64,000 bases of DNA from assembly GCA_030704615.1 (NCBI GenBank), contig CM060732.1, positions 52,514,001-52,578,000 of the forward strand, in the 5' to 3' direction. How positions within the stretch are numbered: the first letter of the stretch is position 1; each line of letters begins with the position of its first letter. Origin of the DNA: Takakia lepidozioides (Eukaryota > Plantae > Bryophyta). The position numbers and the translations under genes were made by a program. Of the stretch, positions 12,581 to 23,701 are shown piece by piece. The notes beneath the pieces are model-generated. The model was not told the origin of the DNA. It searched no databases and saw nothing but the letters and a program-made list of their open reading frames with translations.

Positions 12581-13539
12581 TTCGAAACCAAACACCTAAA
12601 CTATTAAAAACCAGAACCCTAAGCTAGTTTGAAGCCCACACAAGGATGCACCACAACCATCTATTATACACACACCACAATTTGAAAACACCCTACATCT
12701 GGAGTTGAGGTTGAGAGTGAGTACTTATCTACAAAACTCGGAATTGTAACTACACCTCATGTTGCTTGGTGCTTCACCATATCTGCTCCATTAATTACCG
12801 ACTGCCTCCTTCTCCTTAACAGCCAAGGACGATGTGAACTTCAATTTGCTCTGGATCACAGCTCATGATGTTCAATCCTTTATGGCCACTTCTCCCATGG
12901 AAAGTAGCCCAATTCCGACACACTTCAAAAAGATTCAAAGCTATTTCTGGTCTCATCTCCCCTTCTACTCTCTTGAATCACAAGAGACTTAAACGGTAAA
13001 CCTGGGAGCCTATTCTGAGGCCTTTCCTGGTCTCTGCTCGGATCTGTCTCCATCAATTCATATTCTGGCTTTGTTGGACGAGGCTGTCTTCCTTGACAGC
13101 AAGTTCTCCTTACCAGGTGTGTGGGCGGAGCTGGCGCACTTCGACGATACAATTGTCGTCAACAAAGCCATTACCAGAACTAAGGACACTGTCAAGGACG
13201 AGAACATGACTAAACACAAACAAGAGATCAGACTAGAGGTACAAGACTAGACAAGAAGTCAAGGTCGGCGTGGCGGCCCATCATCTCGAGAACGTCGGCG
13301 TGATGTTGAAGGTCACGAGAGTCGGAACGGCTGATCTGATACTTAGGTAAGCGACAGCTCCAATGTATCTGGTTCATGTGACTCCATGCTGCCAATACAA
13401 GATACAAGAGTGCTGGAAGTGTAACTATATATACTGATGTGTGATGCTCCTCCCTCCTTAGCGTGTATCAGATACACTGAATGTGGAATCTTCACTTTGA
13501 AGGTAACTTGGCTGACATCATTGTTGTGATGTCTTATTG

Positions 13540-16500
13540 ACGTGTAGCTCGGGGCTTAGTTGGATATCGTTGATGAAACTCTTGGACTTTGTCAGATGCA
13601 TTGGTGAGGTTGGATGAAGGTTTTCACGTTCGTTCGCTGATGTCGTAGCCTTTCCAATGTACGAAATACTCAAGACGTTTATACTTGATGCGAGAGTCTA
13701 AGACTTCGACGACTTCATACTCAATTTCCTGATTGACTTTGATTGGTGGATGTGGTACGGAGACTCTCCTTGGAATATTCAATGGATGATACAACTCCAA
13801 TAATGAAACATTTGAATTCGAAGTCGTTTGTAACATGTGGGTTGTCTCGAGGTTGATTTAGTTGACTTCGTAGTGTCGTAGCAAAATGTTCGCTCTTCAG
13901 TGCTTCCTGAATCTCTTTTATGATCTCTGCATCGTCATAGGTGGACATGGATAACATATTCAATTGGAGATTTGCTGGTTTCAAGATAATGGATTTTTGT
14001 TGGTCAAAAACCCCTTCTTTTGGCGCAAGATACGATAGTCAAAAAAGAACATCTGGTTTTCCTTGAAGATGTCCGGGACGGTAGGTAATAACAAAATCAA
14101 ACTTTGCTAGTGACATACTCCATCTCACTTGTCGTCGATTCAAAACACGAGCACTCATAAAATACTCGAGGTTGTGATTTATTGACTGATCGGTATAGAT
14201 GACGTACCATCCGTACCTAGAAGTTTATTTCATCTGCTTCAATAGATGACCGTATTGAGATAGTACCGCGCCAAGTGCAAAGTCCGATGCATCTGCTTCC
14301 AAAAAGAATGGTTTAGATGGGTCTGCATGTACCAGTATTGGAGCCGTTGTAAATGCTTGCTTCAGCCTTTCAAATGCTTGGTCAGCCTTGTGTCCCATAC
14401 AAATTTGTCCTTCGCTGTGAGTCATGTCAATGATGCAGCAATTTTGGAATGGTCCTTGATGAAGATTTTATAGAAATTTGCAAATCCTAAAAAACATTGT
14501 ACATCTCGGACCAAAGTTGGTTTAATCCACTCGATGATGGTTTGTATTTTCTTCTGATCCATAAAGACTCATTTGTCGGAAATAATGTAGCCCAAAAATT
14601 CGACTTCAGATTAGTGAAAAATATATTTTTCCAATTTGGCGTATAGTTTTTTTTCCCTCAATTTATCAAGGACAAGGTGTACATGACGACCATGTTCTTC
14701 TTCATTCTGTGAAAATATCAAAATGTTGTCAAAATAGATGACTACAAGTCATCTAAAAATTCTCAAAATATGTCATTCATCATGTGTTGAAAAATTACCG
14801 GAGCATTTGTAAGACCGAAAGACATAACACTGTATTCGAAATGTCCGTACCTTGTGCGAAAAGCAGGCTTCCATTTGTCTCCTTATTTTATTCGTACAAA
14901 GTTGTAAGCTCATCTCAAGTCGATCTTTGTGAAAAAATTTGCTCGTCCAAGTTGTTCGAGGAGTCCAGAAATCAGCGGTAGTGGGTAACGATTTTTTATA
15001 GTGACTTTGTTGAGCCCACGATAGTCCACACACATGGGTAACGATCCGTCCTTCTTCTGCACAAATAAAATAGGTGCTCCCGCGGATGATTTCGAATGTC
15101 GAATGAAATTCTTTAACAAATTTTCATCAATGTATTTGCGTAAAGCAGCCAGCTCCGTTTATAGTGACTTTGGTGAGCCCACGAGTCCACACACAGGGTA
15201 ACGATCCGTCCTTCTTCTGCACAATAAAATAGGTGCTCCCGCGGATGATTTCGAATGTCGAATGAAATTCTTTAAAAATTTTCATCAATGTAGTTGCGTT
15301 AAAGCAGCCAGCTCCGTCTGAGATAAATTGTAGATCGGGCCGAATGCTGGTTGAGCTTTCTGCAACTCAATTGCACAATTATAAGGTCAATCTTCTGGCA
15401 ACATGTCTGCATTTTTCTTCTCGAAAACATCCTTGAAATCTTGATATTGAGTGGATAATGTCGAAGTACCTTGGTCTGTTGTGGTTTTGATCGGAGTCGC
15501 CTAAAGTGCAAATGTCACGTCTTTCTTCAGAGCTCTTATGAAGGCTCTAGCTCCAAGAACAGGGGTTTGAATACTTTTGGTACTTTTGCATTTTTGTCTT
15601 GCCGAAATTTGTCGTGATCGCCAGTCAATGTCAGGATTATGAAGTACAAACCAGGGAAGTCCAAGGATTACAGGATTCGTTGGAGACTGGGATGACGTGA
15701 AAACAATCTGTGATGCTTGATTTTTAAGCTTCACTTCAGGGGTCGAGTTTCCGGTCAATATTTCCTGATGCTAACGCGGTCGTCCATCGATGACTTCAAT
15801 AGGGGCTGAGAATTTTTTCTGAGAATGTTAAAGTTGTGCTTCGCAAAGTTTGTCAATAAAACACGCTGAAACACCCGCGTCCAAAGTGCTTCTACGGATA
15901 TATTTCGATTCGCATCTTGATCTTTACTGGAACTGTGAAACAAGGGTACAACAACACTTTGAGTTGTGCCTCGAGCTTTAAATCTTCTCTTGTTGGGGCA
16001 GTTTTAATTGCTATGTGATCCTCTTCTCCGCAATAAATGCATAATTCATTTGAGCGTCGTCTTTGTTTTTCTTGTGGCGTCAATAGCTTGAATCAGACAG
16101 CATCAATCTGCATATGATCATTACCGGATGTCTGATGGATTGTTGTGTTTGGTGTCGTAGTAGCAGCGGAATGGTGCGTTGTCGACCATCCAGATCGCTT
16201 CTCTTGACGTCTTTCGAACAAACGATTATCGCATACAATGACTTGGGTGATGAATTTGTTCAGTATACTCAGGTTTGGCATTGTCAGCAACAAATCTTTT
16301 ACATCCTCTTTTAGGCCACATCGAAACTGACTAATGAAACTCTTCTCATTCCAGTTGAGGTCGCACGTAAGTGTCAAAATCGCAGCATAAACGGAAGCTG
16401 GACGTGCTCGTTGTCGAAGATTTTGCATCTTTGTCTCTGCAACTCTCTCTCTATCATTCTCTCCAAACATTGCAGTGAACTCGGACATGAACGCTTCAAA

Positions 16501-16956
16501 ATTGTATAGTAAATGTGAATTTTTCTCTAATAGCGGTGCAAACCAAGATAGGGCAGTGCCTGATAGAAGAGTGCCCACAAATCCCACTTGAATACATTCA
16601 TCAGGGTAGCGTTGTGGATGTAATCGTAGGAACAATCGTACTTGTTGAACAAAACCGCGAAATCTTGATCTCGTCCCATCAAATTTTTCGGACATACTGA
16701 CTTTTGGTTCCCTTGTAATCTGTTGAAGATTTGGAGGAACCGTTGCAGTAAGATTTGTTGTAGTAGGGACTCGTAAGGTTGAAGATCCATTGTTCAATTC
16801 CTTCAACTCTGAAATTTGTTGTTGCAAATTATTGAGAGCGTTGCCAAGATCTTGAGACTGATCAACTTGTAGTTGGGCAGTAGAGGCACGAGGTCCTTGC
16901 ATCTGGAGCTGAAGACTCTGCAATGTGACGACCATTTCCACAAATGCGCCTTCCAT
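13540..16956 (-). pseudogene. gag-pol copy B (gag ORF 16093-16956; degraded protease, RT, RNase H; integrase largely deleted; chromodomain)
   Basis: PKVSMSEKFDGTRSRFRGF gag, knuckle-like [34 protein letters not shown], chromodomain. Confidence 0.9.
14996..15317. repeat. ~160 bp tandem duplication inside RT
   Basis: 14996-15158 is repeated at 15159-15317; the second copy has several single-base deletions. Confidence 0.85.
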
Positions 16957-16981
16957 CTTAACTAACTAAGGAACAAACTTT

Positions 16982-16992
16982 AGTCTCGCCAA
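16982..16992 (-). promoter_or_regulatory. Primer-binding site TTGGCGAGACT, complementary to the element's own predicted transcript 5' end
   Basis: Lies 2 nt from the LTR end. Its complement AGTCTCGCC(G/A)A begins 31 nt downstream of the LTR TATA box (17284 and 19926). Confidence 0.75.
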
Positions 16993-16994
16993 AC

Positions 16995-17655
16995 TATCAA
17001 GGACAAGAACATAACTGAACACAAACAAGAGATCAGATTAGAGGTACAAGACTAGACAAGAAGTCAAGGTCGGCGTGGCCGTATGGACGATGAATAAATA
17101 AGAGTCAAGACGATCTTTATAACAATGAACAAGAGTACAAGATATTGAAACACAACTTGAATACTGGAATGTTGGAAACTAGACTAGAGTACCAGATACT
17201 GGAAACTGGGTTAGAGTACTAGGAACTGGACTGGAGTACTAGAAACTGGAAACAAGAGTAGCTTGAACTGGTGTCGGCGAGACTGAAGAGTGTCCAGTCT
17301 CGCCTCCTATATATACTGGCTACTAAGAAGTCTTCTAAGAAGCATCCCCTATGGAGGTTTCTTGATTGAGAAGTTTCCAAGAGTAAACAAAGGTTTCTTG
17401 ATGGAGAAGCTTCCTTAAAGAAAGCAGGTATCTTGATGGAGAAGTTTCATCTAAAAGAAGCTTCCTGAGCAGTTTCCCAAGTTACTCTTGGTAATTTGGT
17501 AAACTCCCGGTAACATGATAAGTAATGGTAAATCATGGTAGATCATGGTAGATCATGGTAAATCACGGTAAGTCGTGGTAACTTTTGGTAACATGACAAC
17601 TTGGTAATTTTTCATATTTACTCCTGATAAGTTCATCTAGGCTATGTCCGTGACA
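16995..17655 (-). repeat. Complete internal LTR (661 bp)
   Basis: TGTCACGGACATAGC...CCTTGATA. Its 5' part matches 19830-20206 and its 3' part matches 13190-13275. TATATATAG at 17315-17307. Confidence 0.9.
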
Positions 17656-19830
17656 GCGCCAAGTACAAAGTCCGATGCATCTGCTTCCAAAAAGAATGGT
17701 TTAGATGGGTCTGCATGTACCAGTATTGGAGCCGTTGTAAATGTCTGCTTCAGCCTATTAAATGTCTGGTCAGCCTTCTCATCCCATACAAATTTGTCCT
17801 TCCATATGAATCATGTCAATGGTGCAAAAATTTTGGAGTAGTCCTTGATGAAGATTCTATAGAAATTTGCAAATCCCAGAAAACATTGTACATCTCGAAC
17901 CGAAGTTGGTTTAATCCACTCGATGATGGTTTGTATTTTCTTCTGATCCATAAAGTCGCCTTTGTCGGAAATAATGTAGCCCAAAAATTCGACCTCAGAT
18001 TGATGGAAAAGATATTTTTCCAACTTGGCATATAGTCATATTTCTCTTAAATTATCAATGACAAGGCGTACATGGCGGTGATGTTCTTCTTCATTCTGTG
18101 AAAATATCAAAATGTTGTCCAAATAGATGACTACAAAGTCATCTAAAAATTCTCGAAATGTGTCATTCATCATATGTTGAAAAATTGCTGGAGCATTTGT
18201 AAGACCGAAAGACATAACATTGTATTCAAAATGTCCATACCTTGTTCGAAAAGTTGTTTTCCATTCGTCTCTTTCTTTTATTCGTACAAGGTTATAAGCT
18301 CATCTCAAGTCAATTTTGGTGAAAATCTTCGCTCGTCGAAAAGCCCAGAGCAGCAACGGATAACGATTCTTAATTGTGACTTTGTTGAGACCGCGATAGT
18401 CTACACACATGCGTAATGATCCGTCCTTCTTTTTCACAAACAAGATAGGCGCCCCCGCAAGTGATTTTGAATGTCGGATGAAGTTCTTCGACAAATTTTC
18501 ATCAATGTACTCACGTAATGCAGCCAACTCCGTCTGGGATAAGTTATAAATTGGGCCGAATGGTGATTGGGCTCCTTCTTGTAACTCAATTGCACAGTCA
18601 TAAGGTCGATGTTCTGACAATATGTCTGCATTTTTCTTCTCAAAGACATCCTTGAAATCTTGATATTGAATGGGTAATGTTGAAGTACTTTTGTCTATTG
18701 TGGTCTTGATCGGAGTCGCGTAAAGTGCAAATGTCGCATCTTTTTTGGTAGCTCTCATGAAAGTTCTAGCTCCAAGGAATAGGGATTGAATACCTTTGAT
18801 ATTTCTACATTTTTGTCTTGCAGAACTTTTTCGCGATCGCCAATTGATTTTCAGGATTGTGAAGTACGAACCAGGGAAGTCCAAAGATCATAGGATTCGT
18901 TGGAGACTGGATGACGTTGAAAACAATATGTGATGCTTGATCTTCAAGCTTCACTTCAAGTGGTCGAGTTTCATGGTTAACATTTCCTGATGCTAACGGT
19001 CGTCCAGAGATGACTTCAACGGGGGCCAAGAGTTTCTTCTTTACGAACGTTAAATTGTGTTGCTTCGCAAAAATTTTGTCAATAAAATATGCTGAAGCCC
19101 CTGAGTCTAAAAGTGCTTCTACGAGATATCTTGATTTTGCACTCTGATTTTTACCGGAACTGTGAAGCAAGGTGCAAGGTGCAAGGTCTGGAGGTAGAAA
19201 GAGACTTTTTTTTTGTGGGGAATTTGTGGTGTCCAGCCGCATGGTCCATACTGTGACTTAACATCTTCGTTTTCCGACCTCCTCGTATCGAACACTTGAA
19301 TTGCACCCTGAGCTTTGAATCTTATCTTGTTGGGGCAGTTTAATGCTATGTGATCTTCTTCTCCGCCTAAAGACATGATCCATTCAAGGGTCGTCTTTGT
19401 TTTCTTTGTGGCATCAATTGCTTGAATCGGACAGCATCAATCTACACAGGATCACTACCGGATGTCTGATGGATTTTGTGTTTGGTGCCGTAGTAGCAGC
19501 AGCATGGTGCGTCGTCGACCATCCAAATTGCTTCTCTTGACGTCTTTCGAACAAATGATTATCGCATGCAATGACTTGGGTGATGAATTTGCTCAGTGTG
19601 CTCACGTTTGACATTGTCAGCAACAAATCTTTTACATCCTCTTTTAGCCCACATCGAAACTGATTAATGAGGCTCTTCTCATTCCAGTCGAGGTCGCACG
19701 CAAGTTGTCGAAATTCGGCAGCATAAACGGAAGCAGAACATGTTCCTTGTCGAAGATTTCGCATCTTTGTCTCTGCAACTCTCTCTCTATCATTCTTTCC
19801 AAACGACTCGGACATGAATGCTTCAAACTA
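17656..19830 (-). pseudogene. gag-pol copy A (5'-deleted gag, protease, RT, truncated within RNase H)
   Basis: ALLDSGASAYF protease, [27 protein letters not shown] (mutated YLDD). Ends at ASDFVLGA against the LTR. Confidence 0.9.
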
Positions 19831-20206
19831 AATATTCGAAACTGGACTGGAGTTCCAGATACTGGAAACTGGACTAGAGTACTGGAACTGGAAACAAAAG
19901 TTGCTTGAACTTGTGTTGGCGAGACTGAAGAGTGTCCAATCTCGCCTCCTATATATACTGGCTACGAGGAAGTTCCCTAAGAAACTTCCCCAATGGAGGT
20001 TTCTTGATGGAGAAGTTTCCTCCAAATGAAGCTTCCTGAGCAGTTTCCCAAGTTACTCTCGGTAATTTGATAAACTCTCGATAACTTGGTAACTAAGGGT
20101 AACTTATGGTAAATCATGGTAGATCACGATAAATCACGGTAACATGATAACTTGGTAACTTCTGGTATTTACTCCTGGTAAGTTTCTTTGGGCTATGTCC
20201 GTGATA
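19830..20206 (-). repeat. 5' LTR, 3'-truncated
   Basis: Similar to ~17190-17655 and abuts the GACAC TSD. Confidence 0.85.
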
Positions 20207-22629
20207 GACACACTCAAGAACACTTTTACAATCCTCAACGCTTTTCTGGACGCAAAGAACTATGATATGAACGACGAAATCGAAAGGAAGCGAATTGCGA
20301 CAATGTCACCCATTTTTACGATCCAGTGAAGCACATATACAACCCAATGGGGTACATCTCGACATGCAGCTCCTTGGACTTGCAGCTGTCCAACTATACA
20401 CCCAATATGGCTGTCGGGCCTCACCACCTCCTGTCCCTCCGTATGCCGTTCCCCTCGCCGATCCCAACACCTATGCATACACCTCCCTTCCATAGGCTAT
20501 CAGGAAACCACGGCGCCAGCCGGCCCTCCTCTCTGCCTTCAAAGCAACCTGGGAATAGCATGGGATCATTTGTCGCTGCACTAATGATCTCACCTGTGTA
20601 TGGATGGACAGACTCCCAGACTACTAGCAGGGACACCGAGCCAACCTCTTCGGCATCTCCTGAATACGAAAGATCGGAGGTTAATTGGAAACACATCAGG
20701 ACCTCCTCGGCCACCAGGCTCCATTTCCATAGATAGTCCTCATGCCGCTACTGTCTTTTCACTCTTCCTGCCTTCTTCCCCCTTCCCTCCCACTCTCTCT
20801 ATTTGTCCTTCCTCCGGTCTCTTGCTCGGTTTTCCTGTAAGGCCATAGTTTTGGCAGTTCTCCTTTGTAGGGCCCCCATCATAAGCATTACTTTCTCTTA
20901 CGGCTTGGGGGCTCCGCCTCAGACATTAGTCAACATTTGGCTGGCTAGTTCAAAAATGCAGGTAGCAAAATGCACATAGCAAATGCACATAGCAATGAAG
21001 CTCTACCCAGAGCTTGCATGACTTGGCTCGATCAAACAAGATGAATCTCAGTTCTTTTGGTATCAAACATGACCCCGTGTGTTATGCCTTATGGCAGCCT
21101 TCGGGCACCCAAGGGTTTTAAATTTTTTCCCTTCCAATAATTATAAATAAAGCTCCAAAGGGCTTCCTCCCCTTTCTCCTTAATAATTTATTTTTTAAAA
21201 AAAAAAACAAAACGATCAGTTTATAATATCTTGTGATATTTAAAAAAAAATCTTTGTCATATATATAATTTTGAAGTAAGTGTTTTTGCATTTTGAATAA
21301 CTTAACGCTATATTCTATTCACCTGAATCTTATCCATACCCTCAGGGTGAATTCTGACATTGTTGTGTATTTATATATAACCAACAAATAAATATTGCAT
21401 TTTACCCGGACCCGAGAGTGTAAGTTGAAATAAAATAATATCTATTTACCAGCCCATTCTCGGATGGAATTTCAAGAGGCCAACTTACCCGGACCCGGAG
21501 GGTAAGTTGATAGCCATATGGATCAGACCACCTGATAAGGTAGGATCCCAGACCTGGGACATGGCACTTAGTGCTTTGCTACCATCTGGCGGTAATTTTA
21601 TTTTTTAATCAATTAATTGACATAAGAGGCAGTTTGTTGTTGTGGTTAGCCACCTATTCTTGGAATTACCACTTGAAAGTATTGCAGACGGTGGGTGGAC
21701 TTGTCAAAAAATAACATGTTGTTATTACAATGAAAAGCTCATGGGAAAAAAATAGTGTACTGTAAGATGCTATGGAAACAAAACACCTTTGCTCTCCTAG
21801 TACTTGATGGTCTAACTTTTTACTTCCGGTCTTTTGGAGGATTCACTCTTGGGATTTCTCTCTCACATCTCTCTTACGAGAGCTCGCAAATAGAGGGTGA
21901 AAAAGTGATCACGTCCTATGTCCGATGGAGAGTTTTTGGAGGTCACTGGTAGTTTGAACTGTCATGTGCCTTTGGATCTTACCAAAATCCAGCTTCGCCA
22001 AATGGAATCACTTGGAGCGTGATTCCATAGACGTAAAAACCTACGGGTTTTTTCCCTTTGTATTTGTAGGGACCTTATCTGACGGAATATCATGGCTGTT
22101 TTCTTAAACTTTTGATGGTGCAAAAATGATTCTAGTACATATGATAGTAAGAGAGTTTCTAATTAGATAGGTTCACGTTCCAAATTTTTATTTTCTAAGG
22201 GCCCGTGCTTGGAGAGCCCACCAAAAGGAGGTGTAGTAAAATGGAACCCTTACCCTCCTTATATAGTCTTTGGAGGCGGTGGTGGAGCCTTCTAGAAGGG
22301 GGCCCACCGCTGCTTTTGGAAGGTGGGCCCATCCCTTCCTCTATATAAAAAACCCGTGTCTACCTCCCATCGACCCCTGCTTCTAAGCGTACCCCCCGAC
22401 TTCTATGCGTACAGGTGTGTGTAGCCTGTGGAGCCATTTCCCTCCTCTCCAAGCCTCCTGTCGGCCCCACTGATTGGCTCTTCCCATAGTGTCGGGTTGC
22501 CTGACCTTCCACTCTCCCCCCAATTGATCGTGGGTACTATATCCATTACCTCTACTTCTATTAATTTATTATGTCATGGTTTGCATTTTTTTTTGGGGCC
22601 ATGCGTTAGTAAGTAGTAAGAATAGATAG

Positions 22630-22728
22630 TGGCAAGTAATAGAAGAGGCCCTGGAGTTTAATGCGCCATCAGCGGGGCTGCCTACGTGGCCCTCCCCTCC
22701 CCCCCCCCCGCCTCACCCCCATGGCGGC
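22630..22728 (+). repeat. Left inverted repeat of the MULE-like element
   Basis: TGGCAAGTAATAGAAGAGGCCCTGGAG...CACCCCCATGGCGGC, nearly identical to the reverse complement of 37980-38077. Confidence 0.92.
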
Positions 22729-23701
22729 AACGCCACGGCCCGCAGTCGCCGCGATTGGGCTTCCTGTCTCCCCCGCCCGGCCTCCGTCCCCGGTGAGGCC
22801 GTCACCCACGTAATACATGAAACGGTTTTACTTCAACTGTATTACCACCATGCATGCATCCATATGTGAAGGTTGTCATACATTCATGCGTCGTCCCACA
22901 TGTATGCATGTCTGCTCATACATGCTCATACATGCATTGTTCATAATTGCATACAGATTAGGACGTGATCGTGCTTTGCGGAAGTGATTGTCAGCTGCTT
23001 ACAGACACGCTGAAGGCGACGCTTCGTATGCAAGGGAACGTCTCTCCTCAACCACGTCGCTTGAACCGTGCCACCGTCTCTATCGATGTCGTAGTGCATG
23101 TTCTGGAAACATCATGTGCAGACGTTGTGGCAAGTTCAGTGCCGTGAAAGATATGCCCCGCAGGAAAGCGCTTTCGGAGGAGGTTCTCAGCAGCGTCAGT
23201 CTTTCCTGTTTCATGTTTCTCATTTGCTTTGGTTACACACCCTTCGCCCGCTTTTTTCATGTAAGTAGCGCTTGGATCTTGTGCAACACGATTCGGAAGG
23301 AAGTGTACGTATACCGAAACGCCTTCCTTTTCATTTTCTCATGCTCGGGAGCTTATGTTGATCTGCCTATATCATTCTTATGTTGCAGGTGAAGTTAGAA
23401 GGCCTCCATAAATCTGTCTTTAGGGTTCAGAGATTAATGTGAGTTTTGTGGATTTTTTTTACGTCGTTGCATTGTGTTCCCATTGGCATTGTGTTACCAA
23501 TGTCTTGCTCTGCATTCTTCGTGTGCCAAATGCATGGCTTCTTTCGGTTATACGAGATGGTGGCGACCAGAATGGAAATGGCTTATACTTCGTTGTGAGG
23601 GCCCATGTTAGTACCCATTCGCACTCTCAGTTTGTGCCTTAACATGAACGTCGGCTTCTTCAGGGCAGGAGTGGTCTACGCTGTCTACCTGTACTTCCAA
23701 A

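Larger units (their letters stand above)
13190..20206 (-). mobile_element. Composite Tcn1/Tf-like chromovirus insertion (LTR-internal-LTR-internal-LTR remnant)
   Basis: 5-bp TSD GACAC at 13185-13189 and 20207-20211. Two gag-pro-RT-RNase H sets. Chromodomain YEVVEVLDSR..YFVHWKGY at ~13620-13730. Confidence 0.85.
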
